A stretch of 64,000 nt of DNA, from assembly GCA_038230375.1 (NCBI GenBank), contig JBBRNJ010000022.1:1-64000 (forward strand). Direction: 5' to 3'. The DNA is from Polyangiales bacterium (lineage in GTDB: Bacteria; Myxococcota_A; Polyangia; Polyangiales; Polyangiaceae). Under the pieces are notes generated by a model, which made no database searches, was not told the DNA's origin, and was given only the letters and a program-made list of their open reading frames with translations. The position numbers and the translations under genes were made by a program. Shown piece after piece: positions 9,483-18,820 of this stretch (its first letter is position 1; each line of letters begins with the position of its first letter).

Positions 9483-10228
9483 GCGACCTCCGCGGCGATG
9501 GCCGCGTCCTCCTTCGGTAGGAGCGAGAAGAACGCATCACGGAGCGACGTGGTCTTCGTCTGCTCGAGCAGAGCATCCAGCGGACCGCTTGCAACGATCT
9601 TCCCGCGCACCAGGAAGAGGAGGTCCGTGGCCAGCGCCTCTGCCTCTGCAAGGTCGTGCGTGGTCATGAGCACCGTCCGCGAGGCCGCGAGCTCACGGAG
9701 CGTACGTCCAACCTCCTCCTTGCTGCGTGGGTCGAGGTTGCTGGTGGGCTCGTCCAGGAGGAGCAGCTCGGGGTCGTGCACGCACGCAGCCGCGATGTAA
9801 AGCCGCTGCTGCTCACCACCAGACAGCCGCGCGACGGGCTTGCGCTCGTGGCCGAGCAGGCTTGCCGCGCGCAGGATCTTGTCGCGGCCGCCCCGCACTG
9901 CGAAGACGGACGCGAAGAGGTCCGCGTACTCGCCGACGCGCACCTCATCGAGCAGGAACTCGCGCTGGAAGACAACGCCCACCCTGGCCTTCGGATAGCG
10001 ACCCACGGAGATCTCTTCACCGAACAGTCGGACGCGTCCCGAGGTGGGAGCGGAGAGCCCGGCCAGCACCTCGAACAGCGTCGTCTTCCCCGCGCCGTTC
10101 GGCCCGAGCACACAGAGGAGCGATGGGCTCGGGACGGAGAAGGTCAGGCCGGACAACGCGGTGAACTCCCCGAAGCGCACGCCCACGCTCTCCGCAACAA
10201 GGCAGCCGGCAACAAGGGGGCCATCCAT
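9479..10228 (-). CDS. ABC transporter ATP-binding protein
   Basis: GPNGAGKTT, LSGGEQQR, LLLLDEP, TTHD. Confidence 0.92.
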   Translation of the reverse strand: MDGPLVAGCLVAESVGVRFGEFTALSGLTFSVPSPSLLCVLGPNGAGKTTLFEVLAGLSAPTSGRVRLFGEEISVGRYPKARVGVVFQREFLLDEVRVGEYADLFASVFAVRGGRDKILRAASLLGHERKPVARLSGGEQQRLYIAAACVHDPELLLLDEPTSNLDPRSKEEVGRTLRELAASRTVLMTTHDLAEAEALATDLLFLVRGKIVASGPLDALLEQTKTTSLRDAFFSLLPKEDAAIAAEVA

Positions 10229-10261
10229 CAAGAAAAGATAGTAGAGTGCCGAGAACCGATC

Positions 10262-13135
10262 GTGGAGTCAGACGCCAAGAAATCGTCCAAGGCCAAGCCG
10301 CCCAAGCCTGCCAAGCCCGCGAAGCACCATACCGGGAAGACGGAAGCGATCGTTACGGCGCTCAAGACCGACCCCGAGAAGGGCCTCACGAGCGCCGACG
10401 CTGCGGCCCGCCTTGCAAAGGACGGCCCGAACGAGCTCCCCACCCCGGACCCGCCGAGCAAGCTCAAACAGTTCTTCGGGCAGTTCAAGAACCCGATCGT
10501 GCTCACGCTGCTCGGTGCCGCGACCATTGCGATCGTGAACGGCGCGATGAACACCACGGCACCGGCGCTTGCCCGCTTCGGCGACGCGATCGCGATCATG
10601 CTGATCGTCGTCCTGAACGCGGTGCTTGGGTACTACCAGGAGCGCCGTGCAGAGGCCGCACTGGACGCGCTGAAGAGGATGCAGACGCCGAACGCGCGCG
10701 TCCGCCGTGACGACACGCTCATGGTCATCTCGGCCACGCAGGTGGTCCGTGGCGACATCCTGGAGCTCGAGGCAGGCGACGCGATCCCGGCAGACGCCCG
10801 CGTGCTGCAGTCGTTCAACCTTGCCGCGTCCGAGTCGTCGCTCACCGGTGAGTCCATGGCGAGCTCCAAGGACGCTCGCGCCGAGCTCCCGGACGACGCG
10901 CCCCTGGGCGACCAGCGAAACATGCTGTTCCTGGGCACCGCGATCGTCCGTGGTAAGGGCCGCGCGGTGGTCATGGCGACCGGCCCGCTCACGGAGCTGG
11001 GCAAGCTCAACACGTTGATGAGCGCGCCGTCGGATCGCAGGACGCCGCTCGAAGAGAAGCTCGATCACTTTGGCAAGCGCATCCTCTGGGCGTGCCTCTC
11101 GCTGTCTGCGCTGCTGTTCGCGTGGGGCATGATCAAGGGCGTAGAGAAGTGGCACACGCTCCTGCTCGAGGCCGTCAGCCTAGCCGTCGCTGCCATCCCC
11201 GAAGGGCTCCCCGCGATCACCACCATCACGCTCGCCCTTGGCATGCAGCGCATGGCGAAGCGCGGCGCCATCATTCGCAAGCTCGCCGCGGTCGAGACCC
11301 TGGGCGCTGCCACCGTCATCTGCTCCGACAAGACCGGCACGCTCACGCAGAACGAGATGACGGTGCGCAAGGTCTACGCTGGCGACGAGGCCTACACGGC
11401 CACGGGCACTGGCTACGATCCCAAGGGCGACCTCCTCGACTCCGCCGGCAATGTCGTGGAGCAGATCTCGCTGCCCCTGCGCGATCTGCTCGCAACGGCG
11501 GCGCTCGCGAACAACGCGCAGCTGGAGAAGAAGGACGGCGCCTACAAGATCATCGGCGACCCGACAGAGGGCGCGCTGCTGACGCTCGCGGCGAAGGGCG
11601 GCGTGCCCCGGGAGTCCGTCGCTCCCACCTTGAAGATGCTGAAGGAGATCCCGTTCGACAGCGATCGCAAGCGCATGACGGTGGTCACGCTGGACGCGGG
11701 CGGCAGGGAGGTCGCGCACACCAAGGGCAGCGCCGACGTGCTCCTGCCCATGTGTGAGATGGAGGCATGTCCCGGAGGAACGCGTCCCATGGACGACGCA
11801 CGCCGCAAGGCGATCCTCGCCGTGGCCGAGGAGATGAGCGGCGAGGCACTGCGCGTGCTCGCCATCGCGCGACGTGAGCTCTCGGACGGGTCGCGCCTGC
11901 CAGAGAACGCGCCCAAGGTGGAGGGCGGCGCGCCGGACGAGAGCGATCGCCCGAGCATCGACATTGAACAGAAGCTCACGTTCCTGGGTCTGGTCGGGAT
12001 GATCGATCCGCCGCGACCCGGGGTAAAAGAGGCCATCCACGCCTGCCACGAGGCCGGCGTGCGCGCCGTCATGATCACGGGAGACCACAAGCTGACGGCC
12101 GTCGCGATCGCGAAGGAGCTGGGGCTCTGGGATGAAGGCGCCACGGCGCTGTCTGGCTCGGAGCTCGAGGAGCTCAGCGACGAGGAGCTGGTCGCGCGTG
12201 TGAACTTCGTCCGCGTCTTCGCGCGCGTCACGGCGGAGCAGAAGCTGCGCATCGTGCGTGCGTTCAAGAAGCAGGGCCACGTGGTGGCCATGACGGGCGA
12301 CGGCGTGAACGACGCGCCAGCGCTGCGCGAGGCTCACATCGGCGTGGCCATGGGCAAGGACGGCACCGACGTCGCGCGGGAGGCGGCGGACATGGTCCTG
12401 GCGGACGACAACTTCGCCACCATCGTCCACGCCGTGCGCGAAGGCCGCGCGATCTGGCGCAACATCCAGAAGTTCATCTTCTTCCTCCTGTCGTCGAACA
12501 TGGGCCTCCTCGTGACCGTGTTCATCGCTGCCCTCGCGCCGGATCTCCCCGCGCTGTCGGCGCTCATGATCCTCTGGATCAACCTGGTGACGAACGGTCT
12601 GCCCGCGCTCGCCCTTGGCATCGACCCGCCCGACGGCTCGCAGATGATGGAGCCGCCGCGGAAGACGCGCGAGGGCTTGCTCGGCACGCGCGAGTACGTC
12701 GGCATCTTCGTGGTCGGCATCATCATGGGTGGCCTCGCCATCGCTTGCTACAAGTGGCAGTGGGCCGTGGCACCGGAGAGCCGCATCAACTACGGCCGCG
12801 CGATGGCGTTCTCGCTTCTTGCTCTCTCCCCTCTCTTCCACGCATGGAACTGTCGCTCGGCGTCCAGGTCGGTCTTCTCGTTGCGACCATTCGTGTCGAT
12901 CCCGCTCATCGTGGCGGTCGTTCTCTCCGCGGCGATCCACCTGGTCAGTGTGCTCATCCCGAGCCTCCGCGAGATCTTCCAGACCTTCGCGCTCGGCGGC
13001 CGTGACTGGCTCCTCTTGATCGGGCTCTCCGCCGCGATTGTGCCCGCGATCGAGCTCTCGAAGTGGCTGCAGCGAAGGGGCGCGCTGGGCCGCGATCTGG
13101 AGCCCATGTCGAAGCGCGCCTCCACCCCGGACTGA
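10262..13135 (+). CDS. P-type cation-transporting ATPase (type IIA, Ca2+-ATPase-like)
   Basis: TGES, IPEGL, DKTGT, GDGVNDAPAL. GTG start inferred; the longer ORF overlaps the ABC gene. Confidence 0.93.
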   Translation: MESDAKKSSKAKPPKPAKPAKHHTGKTEAIVTALKTDPEKGLTSADAAARLAKDGPNELPTPDPPSKLKQFFGQFKNPIVLTLLGAATIAIVNGAMNTTAPALARFGDAIAIMLIVVLNAVLGYYQERRAEAALDALKRMQTPNARVRRDDTLMVISATQVVRGDILELEAGDAIPADARVLQSFNLAASESSLTGESMASSKDARAELPDDAPLGDQRNMLFLGTAIVRGKGRAVVMATGPLTELGKLNTLMSAPSDRRTPLEEKLDHFGKRILWACLSLSALLFAWGMIKGVEKWHTLLLEAVSLAVAAIPEGLPAITTITLALGMQRMAKRGAIIRKLAAVETLGAATVICSDKTGTLTQNEMTVRKVYAGDEAYTATGTGYDPKGDLLDSAGNVVEQISLPLRDLLATAALANNAQLEKKDGAYKIIGDPTEGALLTLAAKGGVPRESVAPTLKMLKEIPFDSDRKRMTVVTLDAGGREVAHTKGSADVLLPMCEMEACPGGTRPMDDARRKAILAVAEEMSGEALRVLAIARRELSDGSRLPENAPKVEGGAPDESDRPSIDIEQKLTFLGLVGMIDPPRPGVKEAIHACHEAGVRAVMITGDHKLTAVAIAKELGLWDEGATALSGSELEELSDEELVARVNFVRVFARVTAEQKLRIVRAFKKQGHVVAMTGDGVNDAPALREAHIGVAMGKDGTDVAREAADMVLADDNFATIVHAVREGRAIWRNIQKFIFFLLSSNMGLLVTVFIAALAPDLPALSALMILWINLVTNGLPALALGIDPPDGSQMMEPPRKTREGLLGTREYVGIFVVGIIMGGLAIACYKWQWAVAPESRINYGRAMAFSLLALSPLFHAWNCRSASRSVFSLRPFVSIPLIVAVVLSAAIHLVSVLIPSLREIFQTFALGGRDWLLLIGLSAAIVPAIELSKWLQRRGALGRDLEPMSKRASTPD

Positions 13136-13176
13136 CCCAGCTGCCCGTTTTCCCCGGCCTCGATATGCGGTAGCTA

Positions 13177-15261
13177 GTGCGTGTGAACAAGACGCGCTTC
13201 ATCGCCGCCATTCCCCTGCTCCTCCTTGCGTGCGGCGGCCCTCCGCCGAAGGCCGCGACCAGCGACAAGAGAACGGACGACTCGATAGGCAACCAGGCGG
13301 TTGCCCAAGGTGGCGTCTCGTCGCTCACGGAGACGGTGCAAGGCAGCGGGACGGAGGCCGCGATCAACGGGCCGCTGCGCTTCGAGCAGATCGACCCGCA
13401 GTCGCCCGTGAAGATGGACGGGCTCTTGAAGGAGTGGCCCGCGAGCTTCGCCGCCAAGGCGGACAAGGCGGACAGCGCAACCAAGTTCTCCGTGTCGCTG
13501 CAGTACGACGACCAGAAGATCTACGTCGGCGGTCTCATCACGGACGCGTCGCCCTCGCACACGAAGCGCATGGCGGACTCCGAGGATCACGTGGTCTTCT
13601 CGCTCGCGTTCCCCGCGGTTGGGCAGCTCTCCGCGTACGACGTGGCGATCTATCCGGGCGTCCCAGGCGACTACGCGGGCACCGTGAAATTCGGTGCGTT
13701 CGGCAAGAATCCCCCGTCGGGGATCACGCAGCGCGTAGGCGAGGAGATCCCCGGGGCGAAGATCGTGGAGGCGCCGGTGCAAGGCGGCCTCTCGTTCGAG
13801 GCCGTGATCCCGTGGAGCACCTTCACCGAGGCGCGCACCCTGCGCGTGGGCATGCGCGGCGCGGTTCGCTACGTCGACTACGATCAGAAGGCGCTCGTCG
13901 CCACCGTGGCCACGGGCCCTGGCGACGCTGCGCACGCGGCCCAGCTGCCTTCGCTCCCCACGGAGCCCGAGCAAGCCGTGCTCGACAACCTCCTCTCGTT
14001 GAAGGGCATCCAGAACGAGGTCCCGAAGATCGATCTCTATGCTGACGTCATCGGCGACGGCATGAAGGAGCGCGTGTCCGTCTTCGGCAAGCTGCTCACC
14101 GTGTGCGGCCCGACGTACCGCGACGGCAAGCAGTTCTACTACCGCGATCTGGGCGCTGAGCTCGTTCGCCTGGAGGCGAAGGACTCCACGGGCCGCGGCA
14201 AGGAAGATCTCCTGCTGCGCCGGCGCTTCGTCGTGAAGGGCACGACCCATGAGCTCTTCGAGATCATGTCGTTCATGGCGGACGAACCCGCGATCGTCTT
14301 CTCGCAGGAGATCGCGATCGCGTCCGGGCCCGGGCGCATCACCAACTCCCTCCACATTGGCAAGAAGGAGATCGAGGTGCAGACCGAGCCCGCGCAGGGC
14401 TTCGACGTGAACACGTTCAAAGAGCCGCTCGCGAACGACACGAACGACCTGCTCCTGCCGTGGGGCGCCGTGAAGTCGCGCACCTTCAAGTTCGACGGCC
14501 AGCGCTTCACGAAGGCAAGCGAGGTCGCGCAGGCCCCCACCCTCACGAAGCCCACCGGCGGTGGCCCGGCGAACGGCGCACAGACGACCGCGCAGCTCCC
14601 GCGTGACGTGCCCACGCCTGCGGTGAAGTCGGGCTCGGATCTGGGCAAGGAGATGCTCGCGCAGTACCGGAAGGATCAGAGCGTCGCGGAGAGCGTGCAT
14701 CCCAAGGCCGATCTCGAGGTCCACGTTGACGGCGATGCACGTCCAGAGCGTGTGCTGCTCATTGGTCGCGACATCATCGTCTTCGGCCCGGGCTTCCGTG
14801 GCGGTACGCAGTACGCCCGCATCACGCTCACGCAGTTCACGGACGAGGCGGACATCGCCGAGATGCGCGCGCGCGATCTCACCGGCGACGGCGGCGCGGA
14901 TCTGGTGGTGCGCGGCGCCCGCCACATGCAGGCTTCGAACGGCGACAAGGTCGATGTGGACGCGATGTTCGTCTACGAGGTCCGCAAGGAGGTGCTCACC
15001 CGCGTCTTCGCGATCGAGACCGGGCGCTCGATGGGCGAGAAGCGCGTGCAGGCGCTCGTGCAGTTCATCCCCAACCGGACCGGCAAGGGCTTCGACGTGG
15101 ACGTACGACCAGGCGTCGCGCGCGGCTGGACGGAGAAGACGTTTCCGTGGAAGCAGGAGCAGCCCGGGCAGAGCCCCGTGGAGCCGCTCATCCTGCCATG
15201 GGGCGGAATAACGAATGTAAAGTACACATATGATGGAACGCAGTACGTCCGCGTTCCGTGA
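13177..15261 (+). CDS. Lipoprotein: CBM9/DOMON-like domain plus two tandem repeated domains
   Basis: LLLAC lipobox; MDGLLKEW, YDDQKIYV, FEAVIPWS; internal duplication visible. Confidence 0.75.
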   Translation: MRVNKTRFIAAIPLLLLACGGPPPKAATSDKRTDDSIGNQAVAQGGVSSLTETVQGSGTEAAINGPLRFEQIDPQSPVKMDGLLKEWPASFAAKADKADSATKFSVSLQYDDQKIYVGGLITDASPSHTKRMADSEDHVVFSLAFPAVGQLSAYDVAIYPGVPGDYAGTVKFGAFGKNPPSGITQRVGEEIPGAKIVEAPVQGGLSFEAVIPWSTFTEARTLRVGMRGAVRYVDYDQKALVATVATGPGDAAHAAQLPSLPTEPEQAVLDNLLSLKGIQNEVPKIDLYADVIGDGMKERVSVFGKLLTVCGPTYRDGKQFYYRDLGAELVRLEAKDSTGRGKEDLLLRRRFVVKGTTHELFEIMSFMADEPAIVFSQEIAIASGPGRITNSLHIGKKEIEVQTEPAQGFDVNTFKEPLANDTNDLLLPWGAVKSRTFKFDGQRFTKASEVAQAPTLTKPTGGGPANGAQTTAQLPRDVPTPAVKSGSDLGKEMLAQYRKDQSVAESVHPKADLEVHVDGDARPERVLLIGRDIIVFGPGFRGGTQYARITLTQFTDEADIAEMRARDLTGDGGADLVVRGARHMQASNGDKVDVDAMFVYEVRKEVLTRVFAIETGRSMGEKRVQALVQFIPNRTGKGFDVDVRPGVARGWTEKTFPWKQEQPGQSPVEPLILPWGGITNVKYTYDGTQYVRVP

Positions 15262-15296
15262 AGTGCTTGCAAGCTCCGTTTCTCAGCCCTGGGTCG

Positions 15297-17009
15297 CTAG
15301 TCCGGGAAGCAGCCTTGCACCTTTTGATTCCAATGTTCCCCGCCGGGGCAGGTCTTGACGACCGGCGGTTTGGGGCTCGCAGAGGTCTTGGGGGGCGCGG
15401 TCGTGGGCTGCGTGTTGCGCGCGCCGGGTTGCGCCGCCGGCGTGAGGGCATTCGTGTAGAGCTGACCCTTGGCAGGATCGATGGCGATCTTCTTGTCCTG
15501 GTAGCCGTTGGCCTTGAGGGTCACCTGCGCGGTCTGACCTGGGCCGAGCGTGAACTCACGAGGAGACGCTCCCAGGTCCTGTTCGAGCCCGTCAGCGGTC
15601 GTCAGCCAGACGTGCGCGTTGGGCGGGATCGTGGAGACCACCGTGATCTTCTTTGCGTCGGCGCCCGCCAGCGATGATGGGGCACCGAACGGCGCGGGTA
15701 CGCCCGTCGAAACGACATCGGGAGGCTGCAACTGCGATGTGCTCGCCGACGCTATGCCGTCTTCGGTCTGCGCGTTCGTGCGGGATTTTGGCCGCACCAG
15801 ATAATAGGTCGTGAGCAGGATGAGCCCGAGCAGTCCCCCAGCGATACCCGCGATGACCTTCGCTTGCGATGGCGACGTGAGCAGCGGCGATGTCCGCACC
15901 GCCGAGCTGACACCCGAGCGATCGTTCCACATGTAATCGGGCACGGCGTCCGCGTTGGCGGTCCGATTCATGATCTCGGGTACGGACTGCGGCACCTGCC
16001 CGCCCATGAACTTGTCCAGGTCGGCCATGAGCTCCTGCATCGAGTCGAAGCGGTTCTCCGCCTTCTTCGAGATGCAGCGCAGGATGATCGCGTCGAGCGC
16101 AAGGGGTAGATCCGTGCGGATCGACCGGAGCGAGTCCGGAGACTTGTACATGTGCTGTGACAAGATCCCCATGAAGTTCTCGGCGTCGAACGGCACCCGG
16201 CCCGCCGCCATCTCGTACATCATGATGCCCAGCGAATAGATGTCCGTGCGCCGATCCACCGGCGCGCCCGCGCACTGCTCGGGGGACATGTAGTGGGGTG
16301 TTCCGAACACGCTTCCGGCGCGCGTGAGGCGCTTGCCTTCGCCGCTGACCTTCGCGATGCCGAAGTCGAGCACCTTGACGAAGTCGTTGCTGTTGCCGCG
16401 GCGAATCAGCATCACGTTGTCGGGCTTGAGATCGCGGTGGACGATGCCCGCGTCGTGCGCAGCGCCAAGGCCTTCCGCGATCTGGCGCGCAATGACGGCG
16501 ATCTCGTAGGGCGAGAGCGCGCCGCGCTCGGCGACGCGATCGGCAAGGCTCTGGCCGTCCAGGTACTCCATGACGAAGTACGTGGCGCCGTCTGGCAGCT
16601 GCCCGAAGTCGGCGATATCGACGATGTGTGCGTTGCCGATGCTGGATGCAGCGCGGGCCTCGTTCAAGAAGCGCTGCACCATCTCGATGTCGCGCGCCAT
16701 CTCGCCGCGAAGGATCTTGATCGCAACCCGCTTGTCGATGACCTTGTGGCGGCCAAGGTAGACGAGGCCCATGCCGCCCTCGCCGATCAGGGTGTCGACG
16801 ACGTAGCGGCCGTCGATCGTCTTCCCCGAGTACGGATCCGAAAGTGCTGCACGCGGCGGCGGAACGCTCGTTGCGTGGGCAAGCATGTCCGGATTCGTGA
16901 CCGCCTTGTGCGTGTCGCGATTGCGCTCGGTCTGCGGCCCGGCGTCGTCAGACCCGTTGGGGTCGTCCGGCGAAACGAGCGTCGCTGGGTAGCGGCGGGG
17001 AGGGTCCAT
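15297..17009 (-). CDS. Ser/Thr protein kinase with TM segment and PEGA-like C-terminus
   Basis: [30 protein letters not shown]. Confidence 0.93.
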   Translation of the reverse strand: MDPPRRYPATLVSPDDPNGSDDAGPQTERNRDTHKAVTNPDMLAHATSVPPPRAALSDPYSGKTIDGRYVVDTLIGEGGMGLVYLGRHKVIDKRVAIKILRGEMARDIEMVQRFLNEARAASSIGNAHIVDIADFGQLPDGATYFVMEYLDGQSLADRVAERGALSPYEIAVIARQIAEGLGAAHDAGIVHRDLKPDNVMLIRRGNSNDFVKVLDFGIAKVSGEGKRLTRAGSVFGTPHYMSPEQCAGAPVDRRTDIYSLGIMMYEMAAGRVPFDAENFMGILSQHMYKSPDSLRSIRTDLPLALDAIILRCISKKAENRFDSMQELMADLDKFMGGQVPQSVPEIMNRTANADAVPDYMWNDRSGVSSAVRTSPLLTSPSQAKVIAGIAGGLLGLILLTTYYLVRPKSRTNAQTEDGIASASTSQLQPPDVVSTGVPAPFGAPSSLAGADAKKITVVSTIPPNAHVWLTTADGLEQDLGASPREFTLGPGQTAQVTLKANGYQDKKIAIDPAKGQLYTNALTPAAQPGARNTQPTTAPPKTSASPKPPVVKTCPGGEHWNQKVQGCFPD

Positions 17010-17184
17010 TCTTCAGGTCTGACCAGCAGAAAGCGTAGCGTGCCCGGAGGCGTCTGGAAATCCTTCCACCAGCCTCGACACGCAACATCCGACATTGTGG
17101 GGGTCGCCCGTAGATTGGACACGCATCTGGGCTCGTCAGCGCATTTCCGGGAAGACTTGTGCTAACTGGCGGTTTCGCTTTCCG

Positions 17185-18753
17185 ATGGACTACCCGCTCC
17201 TGCTCGCGCTGCGTTACTTGCGCTCCAAGAAACGCGCGTTCATCTCCGTGGGCACCGCATTTGCGATGCTGGGCGTCATGCTCGGCGTGGCGGCGCTGGC
17301 CACCGTCATGAGCGTCACGGGCGGGTTCCAGCAGCAGTTCCGCGAGAAGGTCCTTGGCGTGAACGCGCACGTGCTCGTCCTCAAGTACTCGATCGACTAC
17401 CGCGAGTACCGGGACATCATGAAGGAGATGGAGAAGGTGCCGCACGTCGTCGGCGTCGCGCCCTTCGTCATCAACCCCATGATGGTCACGCACGGGGAGC
17501 GCACGGCCACGGGCGTGCTCCTGAAGGGCGTCGACCCCGAGCTGATGCCCAAGGTGCTCGACCTGCCGAAGCACATCACAGACGGCTCACTCACAGGCCT
17601 GCGGAAGGCAGGCGCGAAGCCTCCCGAGCGCCCGAAGGGCCCAGATCCCTACCGTCCGTCCATGCCCTCCAGCGCAAAGCCGGACGCGGGCGCGCAGTCG
17701 GGCTCCATCCTGGATGTGATCGAACGCCAGATCCGCGAGGACGACATGCGCGCGGCGATGGACGGCGGCGCTCTTCCCGCGAACATTCCTGAAGGACCGC
17801 CGGTCCCCAGGATCGTTGACACGAAGGACGCGGGATTCATGGCCGCCGGCGATGTCACGCCGGATGGCGGGTACGCAAGCCAGCTCCCCGAGGACGACGT
17901 GCTCCCCGATGCGATCGACCCTGATCCCTGCAAGGACGCAGCGCTGGTCGCTGCGCTTCCGGGCGTGGTGATCGGGCGTACGCTCGGAAAGCAGCTCAAC
18001 GTCGGCCTCGGCGACTGTCTCCAGATCACGTCGCCCACCATCGGCATCTCGTTCGGCGGCGGCCAGCGTCCTCCGATCGCGAAGCAGTTCCGCGTCATCG
18101 CCATCTTCGAGGCCGGCTTCGACCAGTACGACTCCAAGCTCGTCTACACGGACCTCTACGAGGCACAGGCCTTCTACGAGCAGGGCGACAGCGTGACTGG
18201 TGTCGAGATGAAGATCGACGACATCGATCGCTCGGGCGAGGTCGCGAAGGACATCGACAAGCGCCTCAACAACGGCGTGTATCACACGATGGACTGGCGC
18301 GAGCTCAATCACGGCCTCTTCACGGCGCTGCTCATCCAGCAGATCGGGATGAGCGTGGTCCTCGCGCTCATCATCGTGGTCGCCGCGTTCACGGTCGTCG
18401 CCACGCTGATCATGGTCGTACTCGACAAGAAGAAGGAGATCTCGCTCCTCAAGGCGCTAGGCGCAAAGGACGACGACGTGCTCCGCATCTTCCTGTACCA
18501 GGGCGGGATCATCGGTCTCATCGGGACGAGTCTTGGGCTCGGGCTTGGCTACGGGTGCTGCAAGGGGCTGCTGGCCTACAGCTTCCCGCTGGATCCCAAG
18601 GTCTATTTCATCTCCAGCCTGCCGGTGAACATCCGTCCAACTGAGTTTCTCATCACGGGCGCCGTCGCCATCGTGATTTGCCTTCTGGCCACCATTTTCC
18701 CGGCCCTCTATGCCGCATGGCTGCGGCCATCCGAGGGCCTCCGAGCAGATTGA
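17185..18753 (+). CDS. LolC/E (FtsX/MacB-type) ABC permease
   Basis: LALRYLRSKK, GVMLGVAAL, SVTGGF, KKKEISLLKALGA, VYFISSLP. Confidence 0.88.
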   Translation: MDYPLLLALRYLRSKKRAFISVGTAFAMLGVMLGVAALATVMSVTGGFQQQFREKVLGVNAHVLVLKYSIDYREYRDIMKEMEKVPHVVGVAPFVINPMMVTHGERTATGVLLKGVDPELMPKVLDLPKHITDGSLTGLRKAGAKPPERPKGPDPYRPSMPSSAKPDAGAQSGSILDVIERQIREDDMRAAMDGGALPANIPEGPPVPRIVDTKDAGFMAAGDVTPDGGYASQLPEDDVLPDAIDPDPCKDAALVAALPGVVIGRTLGKQLNVGLGDCLQITSPTIGISFGGGQRPPIAKQFRVIAIFEAGFDQYDSKLVYTDLYEAQAFYEQGDSVTGVEMKIDDIDRSGEVAKDIDKRLNNGVYHTMDWRELNHGLFTALLIQQIGMSVVLALIIVVAAFTVVATLIMVVLDKKKEISLLKALGAKDDDVLRIFLYQGGIIGLIGTSLGLGLGYGCCKGLLAYSFPLDPKVYFISSLPVNIRPTEFLITGAVAIVICLLATIFPALYAAWLRPSEGLRAD

Positions 18754-18820
18754 GCGCCGACTGAGGCTGATCCGGGGATTTCACCAGACTTCTTCGCGAG
18801 GTTTGGATACTGTGAGCGCG

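Noticed and set aside
9656..10261. N-terminal extension of the P-type ATPase
   Set aside because: Antisense shadow of the ABC ATPase gene.
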